This document shows positions 9,793 through 20,208 of a DNA stretch of 64,000 nt, piece after piece. Every line of letters starts with the position of its first letter. Within the stretch, counting starts at the first letter, position 1. This DNA comes from Candidatus Methylomirabilia bacterium (GTDB lineage: Bacteria; Methylomirabilota; Methylomirabilia; Rokubacteriales; CSP1-6): contig JBGQEL010000007.1 of assembly GCA_041496385.1 (NCBI GenBank), positions 23,799 to 87,798 of the forward strand, read 5' to 3'. The position numbers were made by a program, and so were the translations under genes. The notes beneath the pieces are model-generated. The model did not search any database. It saw nothing but the letters and a program-made list of their open reading frames with translations, and was not told the DNA's origin.

Positions 9793-11096
9793 TACCTGTC
9801 ACGCTCCGGCTCGCCGCGCTCCTGTTCCTCCTCATCACGGCGGCGCCCGCAGCGGCGGCGCCGCTCGCGCACCGCGAGGTGCTGCCGAACGGCATCGTGC
9901 TGCTCGTCGCTGAGCGTCCCGCCGTGCCGATCGTCGCCGTCCGGGTCCTCGTCAGGGCGGGCGCGGCCTTCGACCCGCCCGACCGCGCCGGCCTCGCGAA
10001 CCTGACGGGCGCCCTCCTCACGCGTGGCACCTCCCGGCGCTCGGGTCCAGACCTCGACGGGGCGATCGAGTTCGTGGGGGGGACCCTCGAGGCGGGGGCG
10101 GCGCGCGACCACCTCACCGCCTCGCTCCGCGTCTTGAAAAAGGATCTGGCGCTCGGTCTCGATCTGCTCTCGGAGGTGGTCCTCGCCCCGACGTTCCCGC
10201 AGGACGAGGTGACGCGGAAGATCGCCGAGATCCAGGCGGGGATCAAGCGCTCCGAGGAGGACCCCGGAACGGTCGCAGCGCGCGAGCTGGCGCGGCTCGT
10301 CTTCCCCGGACATCCGTACGGCGCGCCGGTCGAGGGGACGCGCGAGTCCGTGGCGCGGCTCACGCGCGACGACGTCGTGCGCTTCCACGCCGAGCGGTTT
10401 CGCCCGGACGCGGCGATCGTCGCCGTCGTCGGCGCGGTCACGGTGGACGAAGCACGTCGCGCCATCATGGGACGCTTTGGCGCCTGGCGGCGCCCGGGGT
10501 CGCCGCCGGTCGCGGTCGCCGACGCGGTCCCGGGGTCGGCGCCGCGTGAAGAGAACGTCACGCGCGACCTCACGCAGTCCACGATCATGTTCGGGCGCCA
10601 GGCGATCCGCCAGACGCATCCCGACTATTTCCCGCTGGTGGTGGCCTCCTACGTCCTCGGCGGTGGCTCGGCCTCGCGCCTCTACTCGCGCGTCCGCGAA
10701 GAGGGAGGGCTCGCCTATTCCGTGTACAGCTACGTCTCGCCCTCCCGGTACGCCGCGGCCTTCATCGTCAGCGCGCAGACGCGGACGGCCGAGGTGGTGC
10801 GCGTCAAGACGCTTCTCCGGGAGGAGCTCTCGCGGATGATCCGCGAGCCCGTCACCGACGCCGAGCTGGGCCTCGCCAAGTCGTACCTTATCGGCAGCTT
10901 TCCCCTCCGCCTCGACACGTCGGGCAAGGTCGCCGACTTCATCACCGCCGTCGAGGAGCTGGGGCTCGGACTCGACTACCCGGACCGCTACAAGGACCGC
11001 GTGGGCAAGGTGACGGCGCGCGACATCCAGCGCGTCGCCGCCACGTACTTCGACCCGGAGGCCTTCAACCGCATCGTGGTCGGCAAGGCCCCGTGA
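9789..11096 (+). CDS. M16 family peptidase, non-catalytic partner subunit
   Basis: M16 fold without HxxEH; SRLYSRVREEGGLAY motif; GTGA overlap. Confidence 0.9.
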   Translation: MIPVTLRLAALLFLLITAAPAAAAPLAHREVLPNGIVLLVAERPAVPIVAVRVLVRAGAAFDPPDRAGLANLTGALLTRGTSRRSGPDLDGAIEFVGGTLEAGAARDHLTASLRVLKKDLALGLDLLSEVVLAPTFPQDEVTRKIAEIQAGIKRSEEDPGTVAARELARLVFPGHPYGAPVEGTRESVARLTRDDVVRFHAERFRPDAAIVAVVGAVTVDEARRAIMGRFGAWRRPGSPPVAVADAVPGSAPREENVTRDLTQSTIMFGRQAIRQTHPDYFPLVVASYVLGGGSASRLYSRVREEGGLAYSVYSYVSPSRYAAAFIVSAQTRTAEVVRVKTLLREELSRMIREPVTDAELGLAKSYLIGSFPLRLDTSGKVADFITAVEELGLGLDYPDRYKDRVGKVTARDIQRVAATYFDPEAFNRIVVGKAP

Positions 11097-11671
11097 GGCC
11101 CCGCGCGTTCGCGGCGGCGGCGCTCGGGGCGGTGGCCCTTCTCGGCGGCGCGCCAGCCCTCGCGGCGTCGTTCGTGCTCGCGTCCGGCGACCGGGAGAGC
11201 GCGCTCCGCGTGGGGCGGCGCGCCGTGACGAACGACGCATTCGACACCGAGTGGCGCGTCGCGAACGGCGCCGGCGACAGCGCGATGGTCGTGACGCCCT
11301 TCCACCGCCTCGTCCTGGCCGCGCGGCACGCCGCGTTCCGGAACGAGCGGATGAAGCCGGACGAGCCCGAGCGGCTCCTGCGCGAGCAGCAGGACCGCCT
11401 CCTGATCTGGACCCAGCTCCGCGGCCCTCGAGAGGATTTCGCGCGCTTCTACGCGCCCCGGCTGCTTCTGGGCGACCGCGAGATCGAGCCCGCCTTCGTC
11501 CAGAACGAGCGCACGGCCGCGCGCCAGGACACGGGCGGCTACCTCGCGCGGTGCGTCTACGCCTTTCCGACCCGGGACCTCACCGGGAGGTCGCGCGTCC
11601 TGCTGGTCGTTCGCGACGCCGATGGCCGCGACGTCAGCCGCTTCACGATCGATCTGTCCACGATGCGTTGA
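11093..11671 (+). CDS. Hypothetical exported protein
   Basis: Signal-peptide-like N-terminus; coupled to the M16 operon. Confidence 0.7.
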   Translation: MRPRAFAAAALGAVALLGGAPALAASFVLASGDRESALRVGRRAVTNDAFDTEWRVANGAGDSAMVVTPFHRLVLAARHAAFRNERMKPDEPERLLREQQDRLLIWTQLRGPREDFARFYAPRLLLGDREIEPAFVQNERTAARQDTGGYLARCVYAFPTRDLTGRSRVLLVVRDADGRDVSRFTIDLSTMR

Positions 11672-11677
11672 CGGGAC

Positions 11678-12559
11678 ATGCGGCGCGCGATGGTGACGAG
11701 GGCCGCCTTCCCCCTCCACGGATACGCCGGGGCGGCGGTGATCGTCGGCGCCGAGGCGTTGCTGGTCGCTGGCTCTCCCGTCGTCGGCCGGTGGTTCACG
11801 CCGATCGTGTGGACCGGCTACGTTCTCCTCATGGACGCGGTCGTGGCGCGACTCACCGGCCGCTCCTACCTCACGACCGACCGCCTGGAGGGCGTGCTGG
11901 TTGCCCTGGCGTCGGTCGCGTGCTGGTGGCTCTTCGAGTGGTACAACGCCCCTCGCTTCTGGCGCGGCGGCGCCGACGCGGCCGGCCTCTGGTGGCAGTA
12001 CCACGGTCTGGAGCCCGATCTCTTCCTGCGCCGGGTCGGCTACGACTGGTCCTTCGCGACGATCTTTCCCGGGCTCTTCCTGACTGCGGCGGCCCTGCGC
12101 GCCACGGTGTTCGCGCAGGCCCGGGTCAGGCCCTGGCGCCCGCCCGACGGGTTCCTGACGCTGTCCGTCGCCGTCGGCGCGCTGAGCGCCGCGCTTCCGC
12201 TGCTGCTCGTCTCCGTGTGGCTCGTGCCGCTCGTCTGGACGAGCTGGGCCCTCTTGCTGGAGCCGCTGAACCGCCGGCGCGGGCGCCCCTCCTGGCTCGC
12301 TGACCTGGGGGCGGGCGACGCGTCGCGACTGCTCTCGCTCCTCGGCAGCGGTCTCGTGTGCGGGCTGCTCTGGGAGTTCTGGAACTACTGGGCGCGGACC
12401 AGGTGGACATACACGGTGCCGTACCCGCCCGACGTGAAGCTGTTCGAGATGCCGGTGCTCGGCTATCTCGGCTTCCTGCCGTTCGCCCTCGAGTGCTTCG
12501 CCCTGTATCACTGGCTTCGCGGCCTCCTGGGCGAGGGGTGGCGGAGCCCGGTGCTATAA
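11678..12559 (+). CDS. Hypothetical polytopic membrane protein
   Basis: Several TM segments; Trp-rich WEFWNYWA...KLFEMPVLGYLGFLPFALE. Confidence 0.75.
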   Translation: MRRAMVTRAAFPLHGYAGAAVIVGAEALLVAGSPVVGRWFTPIVWTGYVLLMDAVVARLTGRSYLTTDRLEGVLVALASVACWWLFEWYNAPRFWRGGADAAGLWWQYHGLEPDLFLRRVGYDWSFATIFPGLFLTAAALRATVFAQARVRPWRPPDGFLTLSVAVGALSAALPLLLVSVWLVPLVWTSWALLLEPLNRRRGRPSWLADLGAGDASRLLSLLGSGLVCGLLWEFWNYWARTRWTYTVPYPPDVKLFEMPVLGYLGFLPFALECFALYHWLRGLLGEGWRSPVL

Positions 12560-12595
12560 TCCGCTCCGCGAAACCCGACCACGGAGGTCATTCCC

Positions 12596-13564
12596 ATGAA
12601 AGCCATTCGTGTGCACGCTCCCGGCGGTCCCGAGGCGCTCAAGTACGAGGATGTTCCCGAGCCCACCCCGAAGGCGGGTGAGGCGGTCGTCAAGGTCGAC
12701 GCCGCCGGGCTCAACTACATCGACGTCTACCAGCGTAGCGGCCTCTACAAGCTCGAACTGCCGATCACGCTCGGGCTCGAGGCCGGCGGCGCCGTGACCG
12801 CCGTGGGCTCGGGCGTCAGCGAGGTGAAGGTCGGCGACAAAGTCGCCTACACGGGCGTTCCCGGCGCGTACGCGCAGTACGCCGCGGTGCCCGCGCAGCG
12901 CTTGGTCGTGCTGCCGGCGGGGCTCAGCACCAAGCAGGGCGCCGCGATGATGCTCCAGGGGATGACCGCCCACTACCTCGCGTGCTCCACCTACCCGCTG
13001 AAGAAGGGCGACACCTGCCTCGTCCACGCAGCGGCGGGCGGCGTCGGGCTCATCCTCTGCCAGATCGCCAGGATGCGGGGCGCGCGCGTCATCGGCACGG
13101 TGTCCACCGACGAGAAGGCCAAGCTCGCGCGCGACGCGGGGGCCGACGAGGTCATCCTGTACACCACGCAGGACTTCGAGGCGGAGGTGAAGCGGATCAC
13201 GGGCGGCAAGGGCTGCCAGGTCGTCTATGACTCGGTCGGCAAGACGACGTTCGACAAGGGGTTCAACTGCCTCGCGCCGCGTGGTCTGATGGCGCTCTAC
13301 GGACAGTCCAGTGGCCCCATCGGTGCCTTCGACCCCCAGACGCTCAACGCCAAGGGCTCGCTCTTCCTCACGCGCCCGAGCCTCGGCCACTACATCGCGA
13401 CGCGCGAGGAGCTCGTGCAGCGCGCGACGGAACTCGCCGGATGGATCACGTCGGGTAAGCTCCGGCTCCGGATGGAGTTCGAGTTCCCGCTGAAGGATGC
13501 CGCCGACGCGCACCGCGCCCTCGAGGGCCGGAAGACGACGGGCAAAGTCATCCTGGTGCCGTGA
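12596..13564 (+). CDS. qor: NADPH:quinone oxidoreductase (zeta-crystallin/MDR family)
   Basis: [30 protein letters not shown]; TGcTATAAT upstream. Confidence 0.92.
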   Translation: MKAIRVHAPGGPEALKYEDVPEPTPKAGEAVVKVDAAGLNYIDVYQRSGLYKLELPITLGLEAGGAVTAVGSGVSEVKVGDKVAYTGVPGAYAQYAAVPAQRLVVLPAGLSTKQGAAMMLQGMTAHYLACSTYPLKKGDTCLVHAAAGGVGLILCQIARMRGARVIGTVSTDEKAKLARDAGADEVILYTTQDFEAEVKRITGGKGCQVVYDSVGKTTFDKGFNCLAPRGLMALYGQSSGPIGAFDPQTLNAKGSLFLTRPSLGHYIATREELVQRATELAGWITSGKLRLRMEFEFPLKDAADAHRALEGRKTTGKVILVP

Positions 13565-13632
13565 ACGGGGAGTCCCGGAAGAGGGAGTTCCGCCCGCTGA
13601 GCTAGGCTAGAATGGACCCTGGAGGTGCGCCC

Positions 13633-14565
13633 ATGAAATCTCGAGCCCTTCTGACCCTGCTTGGACTGGGCCTTGCGTCTTTGATTCTGCTGGATGCCGG
13701 GAGCGTCTGGGCGCGTGCGACGGGCGGCGGCAGCCGCGGCTCGCGCTCCTACTCGGCGCCCGCGAGCCCTTCGCCGTCTCCGATGTCCCCCTCGAACCCG
13801 ACGAGCCCCTCGCGCACGTTCGCTCAGCCCCCGCCGCAGCGCCCGAGCTTCTTCGGCGGCCTGATGGGCGGCATCGCGGGCTTCGCCCTCGGCGGCCTCA
13901 TCGGTTCCATGCTGTTCGGCGGGATGGGCGGAGGCCTCGGCGGCGGCATCGGCCTCCTCGAGATCCTGCTGGTCGGCGGCGGCGTGTTCCTGTTGATGCG
14001 CATGATCCGCTCGCGCCAGAGCGAGCCCCAGCCCGCCTACGCGGGAGCAAGCGCCTACGGCGGCGAGAGCCAGGGCTCGCCGGGCGGTGGTGTCGCGGTC
14101 GAGACGCCGGCGGCGCCCTCCGATCTCGAGCGCGGCGTCGGCTACCTCCGTCAGATGGATCCGGGCTTCGATTCGGTCGCGTTCGCCCAGTGGGCGCAGC
14201 GCACGTTCGCGGACGTCCAGGACGGGATCACCCGCCGGGACCTGGGCCTCGTGGGCGACCGGCTTACGCCGCAGGAGTACGCGCGTCTGCAGGGCCAGTG
14301 CGACCAGCTCCGCGGCGCGCGGCAGACGAACCGCGTGGAGCAGATCCAGTTCAAGCGCGTCGAGCTGACCGAGGCGTGGCAGGAGAGCGGCCAGGACTGG
14401 GCGACGGTCTACGTCACGGCCTCGCTCGCCGACTACACCGTGGACGACTCGACCGGCGGGCTCGTGGACGGTTCGAAGACTCCCCAGGACATCGCGGAGT
14501 ACTGGACCTTCACGCGGCCCGTGGGTCCGAAGCCCTGGCGTCTATCGGCGATCCAGGCGTCGTAA
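13633..14565 (+). CDS. Tim44-like domain protein
   Basis: ARATGGGSRGSRS N-terminal motif, Gly-rich TM segments, EYWTFTR...WRLSAIQ. Confidence 0.9.
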   Translation: MKSRALLTLLGLGLASLILLDAGSVWARATGGGSRGSRSYSAPASPSPSPMSPSNPTSPSRTFAQPPPQRPSFFGGLMGGIAGFALGGLIGSMLFGGMGGGLGGGIGLLEILLVGGGVFLLMRMIRSRQSEPQPAYAGASAYGGESQGSPGGGVAVETPAAPSDLERGVGYLRQMDPGFDSVAFAQWAQRTFADVQDGITRRDLGLVGDRLTPQEYARLQGQCDQLRGARQTNRVEQIQFKRVELTEAWQESGQDWATVYVTASLADYTVDDSTGGLVDGSKTPQDIAEYWTFTRPVGPKPWRLSAIQAS

Positions 14566-14584
14566 CCGTTCTCGGGGGTGCGCG

Positions 14585-16216
14585 TTGACGCGCGCCTTGA
14601 AGTGGGTCTTCGGTCTCTTCGCGGCGATCGCCGTCCTGGCGATCGCCGCGATTCTCATACTCCCCCTCCTGATCAACACGTCGCGTGCCCAGGGACTCAT
14701 CGCGTCGACCGCCTCGCAGATGCTCAACCGCACCGTCAAGTTCGCGTCGGTGTCCGTCGCGCTTGCCCCGCGCCCGGCGATCAAGCTGCACGACCTCGAG
14801 ATCGCCGAGGATCCACGCTTCGGCTCGGCCCCCTTCCTCAAACTCGACACCGGCCGGCTCGCGCTGAAAGTCCGCCCGCTCCTCTCGGGACGCGTCGAGT
14901 TCGGTGACCTGACGCTCCAGCGGCCGACGATCGCGATCGTCCGCAACGCCGACGGCGTGATGAACGTGGCGAGCCTCGGGAGCGCCCCCGAGTCGCGCAG
15001 CCCGGCGCGCGGCGGCCGGAGCGCCGGCGCGCCGGGGAGCGGCGGAGCACCCGTGGCGCTGCCGGGGCGCGTGAGGATCGAGCAGGGCACCGTGAGCTAC
15101 GTCACCCAGGGCAGGGCGGGCGGGCTCTCGCGCTTCCGGGTGGAGCGTCTGGACCTCACGCTCGGCGCGGGCGCCGGCGCGCTCACGTTCGAAGGCGCGG
15201 CGCGCGTGATGCCAGGAGACCTCGGCGTCACGATCGCCGAGGGCCGGATCGCGTTGAACGGCGCCCGGAGTGTGCTCGAGGCGCCCGTGAGCGCGCGCGT
15301 GGGCCTCGACGGCAAGGACGTCGTCGAGCTCGTCGCCGTCGCGGCGGGGCCTACCCCCTCGGTCGCTGGCCCGGTCAAGGGTGAGCTGACGCTCGGCGGG
15401 ACGCTCGGCTCGCCGAAGGCGGCCGGCACTCTGGAGCTCGCGAGCCCGCGGATCACGCAGCTGATCGCCGCGTGCCCGGAGCCCAAGCGGCGAACGCTGA
15501 CCCTCACCGCGCTGAAGCTTGCCGGCCTGTCGGGGGACGGCGGTCGCCTGACGAGCCGTCCCGTCACGGCCGGCCTCGCCGGCGGAACGATCGCGCTGAG
15601 CCTCGCGGCGACGCTCGACCACGGCGTACGCGTCGAGGTCGCCGAGCTCGGGATCAAGGGGCTGCCCCTGGAGCGCGTGCTCGTCGACTTTCTCTGCCAG
15701 GGCTACGCCGTGACGGGCCCCCTCGACCTCGACGGCGCGCTCGCGTTCGACGCGGCCGACCCCCTGGGCACGCTCTCGGGTTCGGGGCGCCTCCGCATCG
15801 GGGCGGGGCGCGTGGTCGGCGCGCAGGCGCTCGCGCTGATCGGCGGCGTGGTCCGCATCGGCGGGGCGCTCTCCGCGCTCCTGAGCGCCGACCTGCCGAC
15901 GTCGCTCTTCGCGTCGCCGCTCGAGTTCGACTCGATCACGGGGACCTACCGGATCGTCGACGGCGTCGTCACGACCCGCGACCTCGTATACGCCAGCCGC
16001 GTCATGAAGGTGGCGGTCGCGGGTGACTACGGGCTCGCGACCGGCCGCATGAACCTCGACATGGTCGTGAATCACGGCCGCGGCGAGGTCAAGGCCAGGG
16101 TGACGGGCACCGCGGCGTCGCCGTCCATCCGCGTCGATCCGTCGACGCTGGTGCGCGACGCGGATCGCCAGAAGATCGAGAGCGGACTCAAGGATCTTCT
16201 CAAGCGGTTCCGCTGA
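14585..16216 (+). CDS. AsmA family protein
   Basis: N-terminal TM anchor, PLLSGRVEF...LQRP, C-terminal FDSITGTYRIVDGVV. Confidence 0.8.
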   Translation: MTRALKWVFGLFAAIAVLAIAAILILPLLINTSRAQGLIASTASQMLNRTVKFASVSVALAPRPAIKLHDLEIAEDPRFGSAPFLKLDTGRLALKVRPLLSGRVEFGDLTLQRPTIAIVRNADGVMNVASLGSAPESRSPARGGRSAGAPGSGGAPVALPGRVRIEQGTVSYVTQGRAGGLSRFRVERLDLTLGAGAGALTFEGAARVMPGDLGVTIAEGRIALNGARSVLEAPVSARVGLDGKDVVELVAVAAGPTPSVAGPVKGELTLGGTLGSPKAAGTLELASPRITQLIAACPEPKRRTLTLTALKLAGLSGDGGRLTSRPVTAGLAGGTIALSLAATLDHGVRVEVAELGIKGLPLERVLVDFLCQGYAVTGPLDLDGALAFDAADPLGTLSGSGRLRIGAGRVVGAQALALIGGVVRIGGALSALLSADLPTSLFASPLEFDSITGTYRIVDGVVTTRDLVYASRVMKVAVAGDYGLATGRMNLDMVVNHGRGEVKARVTGTAASPSIRVDPSTLVRDADRQKIESGLKDLLKRFR

Positions 16217-17021
16217 AGCGGCCGCCGCCGACCTTCCCCGACTCCACGAGGGCGACGAAGAAGGCGTAGAGCTGGTCGTACTCCCGCGCGCGCACTTCCC
16301 CGAGCCGCGCCACCGTGTCGTCGCGCATCGCGCGGAACATCTCGAGCCGCCGCCGGAGCACCGCTCGCCACTCGGCCGAGAGGTCCTCGGCCTCCACCGC
16401 CATGAACCCCGCGCGCCCGAGCAGCGTGCGATACCCGTCGAGGGACTGGAGCGTCGTCGCCGCCATCCACTCGCGGAGCTGCTCCCGTTCGCGCGCGCCG
16501 AGACCCGGATGCGCGACCCAGTCGGTGAACGCGAGCCGCCCCCCGGGGACGAGGACGCGGCGACAGCCCTCGAGCACCGCGAGCTTGTCGGCGATGTGGA
16601 GCAGCGCCTCCTGGCTCACGCAGGCGTCGAACGATCGGTCGCCGAATGGCAGCGCCGTCGCGTCGCCCCGCACCACCGCGACGCGCGGCGCCAGGCCGAC
16701 CAGGGCGGAGAGCCGGGCGGCGCCGCCGGCGCGGCCGGCGTTGAGCTCCAGGGCCACGACCCGGCAGCTGCGGCGGCTCGCGAGGAAACGGGCGGGCCCG
16801 GCGAGGCCGGCGCACACGTCGAGGACCCGGCTCGTGGCGCCGATGCCGGCCCGGCGGGCCAGGGCGTCCACCGCGGCGAGCCCCCCGTAGTGGTCCTGGT
16901 CGAACTCGAAGAGCTCCTCCGGGGTGAGGCCCGAGACGTCGCCGCCGCGCCGACGGGCGACGGCGGCTAGCACCTGCTGCTCGCTGATAGGATGGCGGTC
17001 GTAGAAGTCGTTCATGCGCAT
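16200..17021 (-). CDS. Class I SAM-dependent methyltransferase
   Basis: DQDHYGG, VLDVCAGLAG, GDATALPF, RVLVPGG; 17-nt convergent overlap with AsmA. Confidence 0.88.
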   Translation of the reverse strand: MRMNDFYDRHPISEQQVLAAVARRRGGDVSGLTPEELFEFDQDHYGGLAAVDALARRAGIGATSRVLDVCAGLAGPARFLASRRSCRVVALELNAGRAGGAARLSALVGLAPRVAVVRGDATALPFGDRSFDACVSQEALLHIADKLAVLEGCRRVLVPGGRLAFTDWVAHPGLGAREREQLREWMAATTLQSLDGYRTLLGRAGFMAVEAEDLSAEWRAVLRRRLEMFRAMRDDTVARLGEVRAREYDQLYAFFVALVESGKVGGGRFSGTA

Positions 17022-17095
17022 GGCCGCGGCTTGAAGCGCCCGGCCACGTATGATAAAAGCAATCCGTTCTCACCACACCTCGGCGAGGGAAGCCC

Positions 17096-18226
17096 ATGAG
17101 CAGCGAGAGCAAAGGCGGTCTCGAGGACGTCGTCGTCTCCACGTCGGACATCTGCTTCATCGACGGGCGCGAGGGGCGGCTCGTCTACCGGGGCTTCGAC
17201 GTCAACGATCTCGTCGAGCACTCCTCCTTCGAAGAGGTCGTCTACCTCCTGTGGCACGGGAACCTGCCGAGCCGGAAGGAGCTGGCGGCGCACCTGAGGG
17301 TGCTGTCGTCGAGCGCCACCCGCAAGCTCCGGCCCAAGCTCGTCACCATGCTCCGCGCGTTCCCCAAGAAGACGACGCCGATGGAGGTGCTCCGCACCGG
17401 CGTGTCCGCGCTCTCCGCGTTCGACCCGGACGCCGCCGACAACTCGCGCGAGGCGACGACGCGCAAGGCGATCCGGCTCCAGGCCCAGATGCCGGCGCTG
17501 GTGGCCGCGTGGGAGCGGATCCGTCGCGGCCGGCCGCTCGTCGCGCCGAACCCGAAGCTCTCGCTGGCCGCCAACTTCCTTTACATGATGAGCGGGAAGA
17601 AGCCGACGCCGCTCGAGGTCAAGACCTTCGACGTCGCGCTCATCCTGCACGCCGACCACGAGTTCAACGCCTCCACGTTTGCCGCCCGCGTGACCGCGGC
17701 GACCCTCTCCGACCTGCACTCGGCGATCACCTCGGCGATCGGCGCGCTCAAGGGCCCCCTCCACGGCGGCGCGAACGAGCAGGTGATGCTGATGGTCGAG
17801 CAGATCAAGACGCCGGAGCGCGCGGAGGCATGGATTCGCAAGGCGCTCGCCGACAAGGCGCGGGTCATGGGGTTCGGCCATCGGGTCTATCGGGTCGAGG
17901 ACCCGCGCGCCAAGCACCTGCGCCGGCTCGCGACGGAGCTGGGCCGGCAGATGGGGAACACGAGCTACGTCCAGATCCTCGACACCGTCGCGCGCGTCGT
18001 CTCCGAGGACAAGCACATCTTCCCGAACGTGGACCTGTTCTCGGGCGCCGCCTACAAGTCCATGGGGATCCCGACCGACCAGTTCACGCCGATCTTCGCG
18101 ATCAGCCGCGTCGCGGGGTGGGCCGCGCACGTCATGGAGCAGCACGCCAACAACCGGCTGATCCGCCCGCGCGCCGAGTACACCGGACCGACGCACGCCA
18201 CCTACGTCCCGCTCGACCGCCGCTAG
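17096..18226 (+). CDS. Citrate / 2-methylcitrate synthase
   Basis: HADHEFNASTF, GPLHGGANE, MGFGHRVY, PNVD. Confidence 0.95.
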   Translation: MSSESKGGLEDVVVSTSDICFIDGREGRLVYRGFDVNDLVEHSSFEEVVYLLWHGNLPSRKELAAHLRVLSSSATRKLRPKLVTMLRAFPKKTTPMEVLRTGVSALSAFDPDAADNSREATTRKAIRLQAQMPALVAAWERIRRGRPLVAPNPKLSLAANFLYMMSGKKPTPLEVKTFDVALILHADHEFNASTFAARVTAATLSDLHSAITSAIGALKGPLHGGANEQVMLMVEQIKTPERAEAWIRKALADKARVMGFGHRVYRVEDPRAKHLRRLATELGRQMGNTSYVQILDTVARVVSEDKHIFPNVDLFSGAAYKSMGIPTDQFTPIFAISRVAGWAAHVMEQHANNRLIRPRAEYTGPTHATYVPLDRR

Positions 18227-18250
18227 GCCGGCGCGGGACGACCCCCCGCC

Positions 18251-19048
18251 GTGGGCGCGCGGGTCACGATCGCGATGTCCGTGTTCAACCAGCTGGCGCT
18301 CACGCGCGCGTGCATGGAGAGCCTGCGGGCCACGACGGAGCCGTTCCGGCTCGTCGTCATCGACAACGGTTCGACCGACGACACCCCTCGCTTCTTCGAG
18401 GGCTTCGAGTATCCGTATCCGCTCCGCTTCGAGCGCAACCCCGAGAATCGTTCCGTGATCGCCACGCTCAACCGGGCGTGGCGCCTGGCGGAGACCGAGT
18501 ACCTCTGCTTTCTCCACAACGACACCGAGCTCGTCGAGCCCGCGTGGCTCGCGCGGCTGCTGGCGACGCTCGCCGAGCCGGCGGCGGGGCTCGCCGGGCT
18601 CGAGGGCGTCAAGCGTCTCCGCCGGAACGGACGCTACGTCGGGCGGACCCTCGTCCACAGCTTCGCCGCGGGGCCGACCGTCCGGGCGCCGCGGGAGGAG
18701 GTCGCCGTCGTGGACTCGGTCTGTATGTGCCTGTCACGCGCGCTCCTCGAAGAGGTCGGCGGTCTCGACGAGGGCTACGGCTTCTATCACGGCCTCGACC
18801 GGGACCTCTCGCTGGCGGTGCGCGAGCTCGGCCGGCGCTGCTTCGTGGTGCTCGCGCCGTTCGTGCATCACGGCGGAGGCACGCGCACCCGCGATTTCGG
18901 CGCGCGCCCGGAGCGCGAGCGCCTCGACCTGGCCGCGCGCCGCGAGGTGCTCGAGCGGTTCCGGGCGAAGTGGGGTCACCGTCTGCCGTGCGACGTACGC
19001 TCGCGGCCCGAGCGCCTGGCCGCGTGGTTCCGGGGCAGGCGCGCATGA
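18251..19048 (+). CDS. Glycosyltransferase family 2
   Basis: VVIDNGSTD, FLHND. Confidence 0.85.
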   Translation: MGARVTIAMSVFNQLALTRACMESLRATTEPFRLVVIDNGSTDDTPRFFEGFEYPYPLRFERNPENRSVIATLNRAWRLAETEYLCFLHNDTELVEPAWLARLLATLAEPAAGLAGLEGVKRLRRNGRYVGRTLVHSFAAGPTVRAPREEVAVVDSVCMCLSRALLEEVGGLDEGYGFYHGLDRDLSLAVRELGRRCFVVLAPFVHHGGGTRTRDFGARPERERLDLAARREVLERFRAKWGHRLPCDVRSRPERLAAWFRGRRA

Positions 19049-20208
19049 GGCCCCTGCGCATCGGGATCGTCGGGGCCCGGTTCGCCGCGGACCTGCACGC
19101 CGTCAACTACCGCCCGCTCCTCGGGACGAAGGTCGAGCTCGCCGCCGTGTGCGCCCGGACTCGCGCCGACGCCGAGACCTTCGCGCGGCACCACGCGATC
19201 GCGCGCGTCTTCACCGATCATCGCGAGCTGGTCGCCTCGTCCGACGTCGACGTGGTGGACATCTGCTCGACGACCGACAGCCACCACGAGATCGCGATCG
19301 CCGCGGCGCGTGCCGGCAAGCACGTGATCGTCGAGAAGCCGCTGACGGGCGCGTTCGTCGAGGGCAGCGAGCCGCGCGAGGCGATGCTCGAGCAGGCGCT
19401 CCGGAATTGCGACGCCGTGCTCGAGGCCGTGGCCCGGGCAGGGGTCGTGCTCTGCTATGCGGAGGATTTCGTCTACGCGCCGCCCGTGGCCAAGCTCCGG
19501 CGGCTGCTGGACGCGTCCGGCGGCACCATTCTGGAATTGCGCGCGGAGGAGAGTCACTCGGGGTCGCACGCGGCCTACGCCAGCCGCTGGCGGAGCTCCG
19601 GCGGCGGCTCACTCCTCCGGATGGGCTCCCACCCGGTCGGCGTGGTCCTTCACCTCAAGCACTACGAAGGCACGAAGCGTGGCGGACGGCCGATCCGCGC
19701 GCGCAGCGTCACCGCCGACGTCGCGCAGCTCACCAAGCTCCCCGCGGTCGAGGGGCGCACGGCGCACATCAAGGCGCGCCCCGAGGACGTGGAGGACTGG
19801 GCCGTCGCGCTGATCACCTTCGAGGACGGGACGAAGGCCACGGTCCACTCGAACGACGTCACCCTGGGCGGCGTCCGGAACGTCGTGACCGCGTACCTGA
19901 CCAACGGGATCGTCCAGGCGAACATCAACCCCAACAACGCCGTCGCCGCCTACGCGCCCGACGCGGGCGTTTGGGGCGAGGAGTACATCACCGAGAAGGT
20001 CGAGACCAAGGGCGGCTGGCAGTTCCCGAGCCCCGAGGAGGACTGGATGCGCGGCTATCCGCAGGAGCTGGCGGACTTCGCGGACGCGATCCTGGAGCGT
20101 CGCGAGCCGCTGTCCGGCGCGCGGCTCGCCCGTGAGGTGGTCGAGGTGATCTACGCTGGCTACCTCTCGGCGGCGACGGGTCGCCGTGTGGAGTTGCCGC
20201 GGCCATGA
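19045..20208 (+). CDS. Gfo/Idh/MocA family oxidoreductase
   Basis: IGIVGA Rossmann start, GKHVIVEKP, GGGSLLRMGSH. Confidence 0.9.
   Translation: MRPLRIGIVGARFAADLHAVNYRPLLGTKVELAAVCARTRADAETFARHHAIARVFTDHRELVASSDVDVVDICSTTDSHHEIAIAAARAGKHVIVEKPLTGAFVEGSEPREAMLEQALRNCDAVLEAVARAGVVLCYAEDFVYAPPVAKLRRLLDASGGTILELRAEESHSGSHAAYASRWRSSGGGSLLRMGSHPVGVVLHLKHYEGTKRGGRPIRARSVTADVAQLTKLPAVEGRTAHIKARPEDVEDWAVALITFEDGTKATVHSNDVTLGGVRNVVTAYLTNGIVQANINPNNAVAAYAPDAGVWGEEYITEKVETKGGWQFPSPEEDWMRGYPQELADFADAILERREPLSGARLAREVVEVIYAGYLSAATGRRVELPRP

Noticed and set aside
17050..20208. 1052-aa ORF in the track
   Set aside because: Only 19045-20208 is the real Gfo/Idh/MocA gene; the rest is an off-frame read of the citrate synthase and GT2 genes
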